Virus record (IMG/VR): IMGVR_UViG_3300027861_000002
DNA length: 64,000 nucleotides
From: an uncultured virus (IMG/VR IMGVR_UViG_3300027861_000002)
Lineage: Duplodnaviria; Heunggongvirae; Uroviricota; Caudoviricetes; Schitoviridae
Strand: one strand, 5' to 3'
Shown: one piece after another, positions 57,505-64,000 of the stretch
Numbering within the stretch: position 1 is the first letter of the stretch
Layout: each line of letters opens with the position of its first letter
Made by a program: the position numbers and the translations under genes
The notes under the pieces: model-generated
Seen by the model: only the letters and a program-made list of their open reading frames with translations
Told to the model about the DNA's origin: nothing
Database searches by the model: none

Positions 57505-59664
57505 CTACGAGTCCCCCGAAGGCTTAGGGTTAAGTAATCTATCTACTTCTTTTAAACTTATATCTGATCTAGTCTTGTGATCTGCTTTTTCCATGTCTCT
57601 CTGATGTGGGATACCTGACTCCTGTTCTAAGAAGTCTAGATCTTCTTTATCAGATTTACTATCTAAATTTCTACTCTTAGCTAATTCTGTTTGTGTCTTA
57701 GCTTGTTTCAACCCAACATCAACAGAATTCTCTTTACCTTTAGCTTGCTCATTAAATACTTGAGCTTCAAGTAATGCAACTTCCAACTGAGCTTTCTTCT
57801 CAGCCAATGGATTAGGTTGTGGTTGATACTCAGCAATCTTCTTGGATAACTCAGGCATCTTTCTAAGCCTAGCAATGTCTGACAATATCATCTGAGACAT
57901 ACTTGGATCCATATTATTACCCATAGTCTGAAGCATGAATGCTAACTCTTTAGCTTTCTCATTGTCTGCCTCGGCTGTAGATATAGCCAACCTAAGATCA
58001 AAATTACCTACAAGGTCATCCCTACGTACTTCAACAAATTCCTCATTAGTAACCCTAACCACTTCTCCCTCTTCAAGGAAGAGAGCATTCATACCTACAA
58101 TCTTTCTACCTATTTGAATCACACCTTCAGCTAATCTCCTAAGAATACCTAACTCTCTCTTAGATGTAGCATCCAAAGCTGATCTAATACCAGTGGCAGT
58201 TTCTCCCAAGGCTTGTCCTGAAATACCTGAATGGAAAGCTTTTACTCCTGTAAGACTCTCAGCTTCAGCATTCTGTGCATTAAGCATGAACTGGGCTGAT
58301 TGAGGTATCTCAGGAAATGTATGTGCAAAAAACACATCATTAGGAGTTACTCCTTGGTTATATTCGTAATCCTCACCTCTATCAAACTTTCTCTTATTAG
58401 TTATATCTAGAGCATCTTTCCTAGAACCAATTTGACCATTAGCACTTCTACCCATGATATCAATCATACCTCTGGTAACTGCACCAATAATCTTTTGATT
58501 ATCTTCTAATAAAGCCCCATCAGGTTCACCATATATAGACTTCCTAACAGGTAAATACTGAGCAACAATAAAAGGTAGCTTCTTATCAGGGAATGGATTC
58601 TCTTCTAAACGAACCATAGTATCCCCAATATATGTAGCAATAATTGGTGTAGTAATACCTGAATTATCTATATCCCAGAATCCCCAGTATTCATAAGCAA
58701 CTAACTTCTTCCTAGGCTTATCTTTAAAATCAAAGTAAGACTCATCTTGTGTATTATGATCTGGTTCTGAAAGTATAGAACTACCTTGTCCTACAATATT
58801 ATTTAAATTTTTATATCGCTTATCCTTCTTCAATTCTGAAAGGGAAGTCTCAAAGCTATATATAACAAATGCAGCTTTATCCATATCACCTTCAGCAGTA
58901 GGATCAATAGTTACATTATTAAAATCACATACTTCTAAAGTAGGTTGGTTCTTAACTACTTGTGTCTGCTCTTCAATTTTAGTACCTACTTGAGTAGGAA
59001 CCTGTAATACCCCTGTCTGCATAAACTGAGCATGTATCTGTTGCACTTCAGTAGGTAACTGTTGAAAAGATTGAGGATCCTGTTGCATCATTTGATGGAT
59101 CTGTTGTTGTTCCTGTAATGCCTGAGGATCATTAACAATCCTATTTTCAATAACAGGTACTTCAACTTCTACTATTTCATCTTCGTAATCCCAACCTACT
59201 TTTACAACTACAGTACCTTCATCTACAGCAGTACGTATATAATCATCTACAAACTTAACTTTCTGAATCTTAGTATTAAATTGGTTATTAATTACTAACT
59301 CATTCTGTTGAGCAGACTTCTTATCTTCCCAAGATACTGGAGAAACATTAAACATATCTGGGGTACTTAAGAAAGCTTCTGTTAAAGCAGCATATCTCCA
59401 CTCAGCTTGTTTTCTAATAAGCATTGGTTGAATAGTAGATCTATTCTTACTAGTAGCTAATTTAGCTGAACCAGTAATATTTAAATTATCTAACCAAGCT
59501 TCTACACTAGATACATGATCTTGATGAGCAGGTTTAGCATCTTCAAAATCTTGTTTAAGATCAGATACACTAGGTTCATTTTCCCAGTCAGTTAACTTCT
59601 CAGTTACTTCCTCAGAAAGACCAAGTTCATTTTCTTCTCCTACTTCTTCAACTTGTGAGTTCAT
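57505..59664 (-). CDS. Portal protein (N4 gp59-like)
   Basis: LTDWENEPS, LIRKQAEWRY, AYEYWG, GEPDGALL, AESLTGVKAF. Confidence 0.93.
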   Translation of the reverse strand: MNSQVEEVGEENELGLSEEVTEKLTDWENEPSVSDLKQDFEDAKPAHQDHVSSVEAWLDNLNITGSAKLATSKNRSTIQPMLIRKQAEWRYAALTEAFLSTPDMFNVSPVSWEDKKSAQQNELVINNQFNTKIQKVKFVDDYIRTAVDEGTVVVKVGWDYEDEIVEVEVPVIENRIVNDPQALQEQQQIHQMMQQDPQSFQQLPTEVQQIHAQFMQTGVLQVPTQVGTKIEEQTQVVKNQPTLEVCDFNNVTIDPTAEGDMDKAAFVIYSFETSLSELKKDKRYKNLNNIVGQGSSILSEPDHNTQDESYFDFKDKPRKKLVAYEYWGFWDIDNSGITTPIIATYIGDTMVRLEENPFPDKKLPFIVAQYLPVRKSIYGEPDGALLEDNQKIIGAVTRGMIDIMGRSANGQIGSRKDALDITNKRKFDRGEDYEYNQGVTPNDVFFAHTFPEIPQSAQFMLNAQNAEAESLTGVKAFHSGISGQALGETATGIRSALDATSKRELGILRRLAEGVIQIGRKIVGMNALFLEEGEVVRVTNEEFVEVRRDDLVGNFDLRLAISTAEADNEKAKELAFMLQTMGNNMDPSMSQMILSDIARLRKMPELSKKIAEYQPQPNPLAEKKAQLEVALLEAQVFNEQAKGKENSVDVGLKQAKTQTELAKSRNLDSKSDKEDLDFLEQESGIPHQRDMEKADHKTRSDISLKEVDRLLNPKPSGDS

Positions 59665-59902
59665 AAATAACCTTGCTACCTAGTCTCGTATAGAACTTTA
59701 AATGATTCTTTATTTCAGGAATAAAGCCTATAACTAATAATTTATTATGCTTAGTGATATTAAGTTTAATATCCTGTAAAACTTTATACAATTCTTTCTG
59801 AGTATAGTCAGTATCTTTTAATACTAAAATATACCCTCCCAATTTCTTATCTAAGTACAAATCAAAACATAAGTAGCTAATCATAATATAAATATATAGC
59901 AC
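59648..59902 (-). CDS. Hypothetical protein
   Basis: 84-aa ORF upstream of portal; start uncertain. Confidence 0.4.
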   Translation of the reverse strand: MLYIYIMISYLCFDLYLDKKLGGYILVLKDTDYTQKELYKVLQDIKLNITKHNKLLVIGFIPEIKNHLKFYTRLGSKVIYELTS

Positions 59903-59923
59903 TATTATTTGATTTAATCAAAT

Positions 59924-60448
59924 TTAACTAGTTTCTGTAACTATAGTTATAGGTACCTTACTACATAACTTAGCCCAAGTATGCTTGCACCTAAGTACCA
60001 TACTTCTAGTAGGTATTATTTGTTTTTTATCAGGATATTTAATATGGTTAGGTACACTAGTATGACAATCCATACCTATAACATGTATATCCTTACTACC
60101 CAATTCTTTAGCTATAGCACATGCATACATAGCCGAAGCAAATTGTACCTTATATGTGCTACGTATATATTTTCTATCAATAAAATATTGACCTAGTTTA
60201 CCTGCATTAACTGTAATTAAACCATGTTCCTCAGCTTCTTGTAACGCCTTCTTAGCTGAAGAATTTTTATCTAATGCTACACTCATCTTCAATTTATCAA
60301 TAATACCTACTGCATTAGAATTAATATCAATTCTATATGCATCATCAGGAGTCTTCCTTAAATCATCTAACATAGTTAAGCCCCCACAACATATTACTGT
60401 AGATTGCCCTTCTAATATATTGGGAAATGCTTTAAGTATATTTTTCAT
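59924..60448 (-). CDS. MptE/DUF115-like (sialyltransferase-type Rossmann-like) protein
   Basis: VICCGGLTM...IDINSN...SAMYACAIAKELGSKDIHVIGMDC pattern. Confidence 0.55.
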   Translation of the reverse strand: MKNILKAFPNILEGQSTVICCGGLTMLDDLRKTPDDAYRIDINSNAVGIIDKLKMSVALDKNSSAKKALQEAEEHGLITVNAGKLGQYFIDRKYIRSTYKVQFASAMYACAIAKELGSKDIHVIGMDCHTSVPNHIKYPDKKQIIPTRSMVLRCKHTWAKLCSKVPITIVTETS

Positions 60449-61719
60449 TATGTCTGATCATACCAACTAATAGCCCATGCAGTAGTATCTGTACCTGCAC
60501 CAGCCACTAATTCTTTTATAGCAATTAACATTGCATAACCTGGATCCAAATACATACCTAATTTTTCTAGATCCAATTCACTAGAATTAGCCCCATTACC
60601 TCCAGAAGGTACTGGTAACAATATAGCAGCAACTTCAGTACCTACAGCAGAAGCTACAGTAAAATCATTATGGTATTCAATAGGGGTATGTGAACTAACT
60701 GTTTGGTAGCCAGATCCCCCAGTAGCAACTGCAGCTATAGTAGCAATAGTTCCTTTATAGAATGTAATCGAATATAAACCCTCAGACATCGTAGCAAAAG
60801 ATAATGACAACGCCTGTGATCGTATAGCATTTGGATAACTCTGAAATGTGGTAGGATTCCTAAAAGCTACGAAAGCTGCACCAGCTGCAGACGGGGTAAC
60901 TGATCTAGATCCATGATTAAAATATGGCTTATTTTCTCGATTGTGATCCTTAGTCCAAACGCTAGCACTCCAAGAAGCAGTATATATACTAAAATCATTA
61001 CCATTATTAGGAGAATCAACTTCTAACCTCATTGGCGTTAAAGGACAACCTATATGTGTTCTAGGTATATTACTTGAAGTTTCTAAAGAACCATCAGTAT
61101 TAAATCTATGTAGAAGTTTCCAATCACCGCCATTATCAGGTTTTATTTCAAAAAGAATATCTCCTACACCTAAAAAACCAAATTTAATTCTAAATCTATG
61201 TAGTTTAGTAAGATCATAAGAAGTCATGCTAACTATTTGTTTTACATCGGCTATACCCCCAGTACCTGGAGTAGCACCATCTTCAGCATAAAGATTTCTA
61301 TATGCAACTATAAAATCAGCACCATCATACCCAAGATACACGCCACTACATGTCATGAATAAGCCAATAAAAGCTTCATCATTTCCTGAACCATGATCAG
61401 CAATAGTGCCTAACCATGCAGCAGTAAAATTACATTCAATAGTACTACCAGGCTTATAACGTAATTTATTTAATGTTTGTACAGATGCAGATCCTACACC
61501 ACCAGTAGCAGTTTTTAATAAAGACCTATTAAACTGCGGTGTATTTGAGCCAGTACCAGAAGTAGATACTACTACTTCTTGATCAGTATCTAATTGTCTA
61601 GTAAATATTAGGGATATATCCACAGTAGGATTTACTGCTTTAAGTTCACCAAATAATCCTGCCGAAACCTTTTCACCTGAGAAGTGATCTTTTAACGAAG
61701 TAGCATTAAAAATACTCAT
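60448..61719 (-). CDS. Putative virion structural protein with lectin-like beta-sandwich
   Basis: 423 aa, beta-rich; LRYKPG, FRIKFGFLGVGDILF. Confidence 0.6.
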   Translation of the reverse strand: MSIFNATSLKDHFSGEKVSAGLFGELKAVNPTVDISLIFTRQLDTDQEVVVSTSGTGSNTPQFNRSLLKTATGGVGSASVQTLNKLRYKPGSTIECNFTAAWLGTIADHGSGNDEAFIGLFMTCSGVYLGYDGADFIVAYRNLYAEDGATPGTGGIADVKQIVSMTSYDLTKLHRFRIKFGFLGVGDILFEIKPDNGGDWKLLHRFNTDGSLETSSNIPRTHIGCPLTPMRLEVDSPNNGNDFSIYTASWSASVWTKDHNRENKPYFNHGSRSVTPSAAGAAFVAFRNPTTFQSYPNAIRSQALSLSFATMSEGLYSITFYKGTIATIAAVATGGSGYQTVSSHTPIEYHNDFTVASAVGTEVAAILLPVPSGGNGANSSELDLEKLGMYLDPGYAMLIAIKELVAGAGTDTTAWAISWYDQT

Positions 61720-61727
61720 TTATTTAC

Positions 61728-62918
61728 CTATGTAATTATTAACCAATTAGAACCATCACTAATAACCCTCAAATGGTCATAATGATCTAAATTTCCGCCA
61801 GTCATTCCATCAATTGTTTCAGAACTAGTAGTAGCAATTGTCACTATATTTGAAGAAGTATCAACTCTTTTAATACTTACTACCCTACCAGCTTTACTTA
61901 CAGCAGTAGGTAGAGTAATAGTTATATCCCCAGAAGTAGCATCTGCATAAACTATATATTTAGTTAAAACAATAGTACCTGATGCAGTCATTGTAGAATT
62001 TGATTTAATAAATGAACTAACCAACTCATCAATAGCTGCTTTAGTAGTGATAGCTGTAAGACCACTCGTAGAAGGGTCATATCTTACGTCTGCAGCATCT
62101 TGTACTGGGTATGTGCAATTTACCTGCAAAAGACCTAATGTAGCATGTACCCTCAAACACAGAGCTACAGGTTGCATATATCCAGAAGTTGGTCGAGTAG
62201 GGGAGAGGATTCCATCACCATTCACATATACCCAATCACCAGCAGTAAGTGAAATAGTAGATGTATCAATACTTTCAAGTAAACCAGATATAGTCATCCT
62301 ACCTGTATAACCTGAAGCAATTGCTGCAGTAGCTAAACCAAAACAAATATCAGTAGCAGAATTACAAATAGCTACTCCAGGAACTCCTTCAGATACATCA
62401 AAACTAGTAAATGTAAGTGGATCACCTATTGCTATAGCCTCTGTAGCTACCACTTTTATATGTGTCTGGTTTGCATAAACTGTATTAGTGAAGTCAATAA
62501 TAGTCTTAGCTGTAAGAGTCTCAGTACCATTTAAACTAACAGCACTTATATCTGAAGCAGTAGTTCCATGTGGATTACCTGAAGTAATATTAGAATGTGC
62601 TATAGGAGCATATCTAACATCACCCCTAGCATTATTTAAATATTGTGTGTGGTAATCTCCAGTATCCAAATTAGCTAATGCATTATGATCTGAGAATACA
62701 GCAGCAGCTATAACAGCTTCAGTCCAAGTCTTATTTACAGCAGAAGAATCTTGAGCAGGGGTATCATTAATCCCATAAAGATCATACTCTGCCATATTTA
62801 TAGCTTCATTCTGGGGAGGAGTAGTAGCAATCAAATCTGAAACTATTTGTACAAGTATCTCAGTAGTGCTGTCCTCCTCAACTGAATATTCTACACTATC
62901 AGTAACAACAACAGTCAT
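61728..62918 (-). CDS. Putative tail fibre / appendage protein
   Basis: Modular: HNALANLDTGDYHTQY, NPHGTTA, capsid-cement-like block, C-terminal DATSGDITITLPTA...SDGSNW domain. Confidence 0.7.
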   Translation of the reverse strand: MTVVVTDSVEYSVEEDSTTEILVQIVSDLIATTPPQNEAINMAEYDLYGINDTPAQDSSAVNKTWTEAVIAAAVFSDHNALANLDTGDYHTQYLNNARGDVRYAPIAHSNITSGNPHGTTASDISAVSLNGTETLTAKTIIDFTNTVYANQTHIKVVATEAIAIGDPLTFTSFDVSEGVPGVAICNSATDICFGLATAAIASGYTGRMTISGLLESIDTSTISLTAGDWVYVNGDGILSPTRPTSGYMQPVALCLRVHATLGLLQVNCTYPVQDAADVRYDPSTSGLTAITTKAAIDELVSSFIKSNSTMTASGTIVLTKYIVYADATSGDITITLPTAVSKAGRVVSIKRVDTSSNIVTIATTSSETIDGMTGGNLDHYDHLRVISDGSNWLIIT

Positions 62919-62927
62919 AACTATCCT

Positions 62928-63281
62928 TTAATCCAGTTTCTCAAAACAAGTAACTCTATCAACATTATTCTTACCAGATCTCAGAATAGTAATAGAATCA
63001 GATCCAATTGTTCGCCTAATACTACCATAGTATGTACCTGGAGGAAGTGAAACAGTATCTGATTGGGTAATGGGTATATAAACTAATCCATTTGTTGGAG
63101 CATCACTTGCATGATCACCAGCAGTAGTAGATACAGATAAAGCTGCAGAAGCATCATTCAAATGTTGCTTTAGAGTAACAGTAAATACTGCTCCAGTAAG
63201 ATTCTTAACAGGGTTATGTCTCACTTTTATTAAGAAGGAGTCATTCTGAGTAAAATCTTTAAATACTTTTACCTTAGCCAT
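62928..63281 (-). CDS. BppU-N-like Ig-fold adaptor protein
   Basis: QNDSF...NLTGAVF...GLVYIPITQSDTVSLPPGTYYG. Confidence 0.55.
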   Translation of the reverse strand: MAKVKVFKDFTQNDSFLIKVRHNPVKNLTGAVFTVTLKQHLNDASAALSVSTTAGDHASDAPTNGLVYIPITQSDTVSLPPGTYYGSIRRTIGSDSITILRSGKNNVDRVTCFEKLD

Positions 63282-63293
63282 ATTGTGTATGCC

Positions 63294-63460
63294 TTATTTA
63301 ATAGCGTATACTCTAATGTATCCAACATTTCCACCAACTTCTACCTCAATCCAATCTTGTTCGGTATTAAGGGACGATTCAGGACAGTTTCATCTGCTCT
63401 TTCCCCGTTATCAATCCAATTGACATTTGAATCTGTTACTGTATCTATTTCTGTTGTCAT
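63294..63460 (-). pseudogene. Tail-fibre gene remnant (N- and C-termini joined out of frame)
   Basis: MTTEIDTVTDSNVNWIDNGERADETVLNRPL, then in another frame NTEQDWIEVEVGGNVGYIRVYAIK-stop; 167 nt. Confidence 0.5.
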
Positions 63461-63518
63461 ATTTTAAACCTTTTAAATAAATTTTTATCCTAATATACAT
63501 ATCTAAGCAAATACACTG

Positions 63519-64000
63519 CTAGGGCTCGTAAGTAATAGTTCCATCTTTAGATAGTATTTCCCAAACAGCTTCTAAAGCAACCAGTGTCACCATTGCCCCA
63601 TTTGAATCCAGTGACATATACTTGCCTGGTGCACCACCTCTAATCGAATCTGACCCAATAGCCAAATCAATGTGTATAACAAATGATGCTGTTCTAATAA
63701 TTGTTATAGTTAGTCCATTAACCATTGTGGGTAAAACAAGAGTAGTTCCACCACCTATCCCTTGATTAGTAATTATTGAGCCTGACAACTCTGGCGGGAT
63801 AGTGAATCCAGTAGTTTTTGCAATTGAATATATCTTTCTCCCTGTTTCCATTACTCTGTTTGATGTTAATTGACTTAAATTGAAACCATCGTTTCCAGCA
63901 ACTAGGTCTGGGTTTATACCTTCATTATCCCAAGTATTCCCAATATCAATAACACTGACTGTGCCATGCGACCCAGACTTATTCATATCAGATGAGAAGC
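63519..64000 (-). CDS. C-terminal part of a tail fibre/spike-like protein (5'-truncated by the window edge)
   Basis: Frame appears open to the edge; ends in SGSIITNQG...TLVLP...GLTITIIR...W domain typical of fibre C-termini. Confidence 0.6.
   Translation of the reverse strand, partial: FSSDMNKSGSHGTVSVIDIGNTWDNEGINPDLVAGNDGFNLSQLTSNRVMETGRKIYSIAKTTGFTIPPELSGSIITNQGIGGGTTLVLPTMVNGLTITIIRTASFVIHIDLAIGSDSIRGGAPGKYMSLDSNGAMVTLVALEAVWEILSKDGTITYEP

Noticed and set aside
59010..59130. Gln-rich stretch in the portal protein
   Set aside because: Low-complexity helical segment in a variable part of the portal; no evidence of a separate element.
1..64000. CRISPR array, integrase or lysis cassette
   Set aside because: No regularly spaced repeats, recombinase or clear endolysin recognised; lysis genes may lie outside the window.

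Overview
This window is most of an AT-rich N4-like (Schitoviridae) podophage genome. It opens inside the terminase large subunit, so it is permuted relative to the N4 map. In order it carries terminase genes (- strand); a strand switch and probable genome-end region (~2.8-3.1 kb); an early region with repeated promoter-like motifs; the heterodimeric RNA polymerase II; about 10 kb of small accessory genes (dUTPase, ThyX, NrdJb-like); a small tRNA cluster; and the N4-type replication module (MoxR ATPase, VWA/peptidase, helicase, split DNA polymerase, nuclease, primase, AAA ATPase with a group I intron, SSB, resolvase). The - strand late module follows: a 4024-aa virion RNA polymerase, ejection/structural proteins, major capsid, portal and tail-fibre-like genes. 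Most notable: (1) the virion RNAP carries an apparently complete superfamily-1B (RecD/Dda-like) helicase upstream of its polymerase core; (2) an FGE-sulfatase/C-type-lectin (DGR-target-like) gene is split, with two alternative GC-rich 'variable-region' peptides encoded separately on either side of the scaffold and no reverse transcriptase in view; (3) a probable AcrIII-1 (DUF1874) ring nuclease; (4) a ~300-nt highly structured, ORF-free early transcription unit; (5) a precisely delimited group I intron with an HNH-AP2 endonuclease; (6) a DNA polymerase split by an unrelated gene. All protein assignments come from motifs read by eye and from remembered N4 gene order; no database searches were run.
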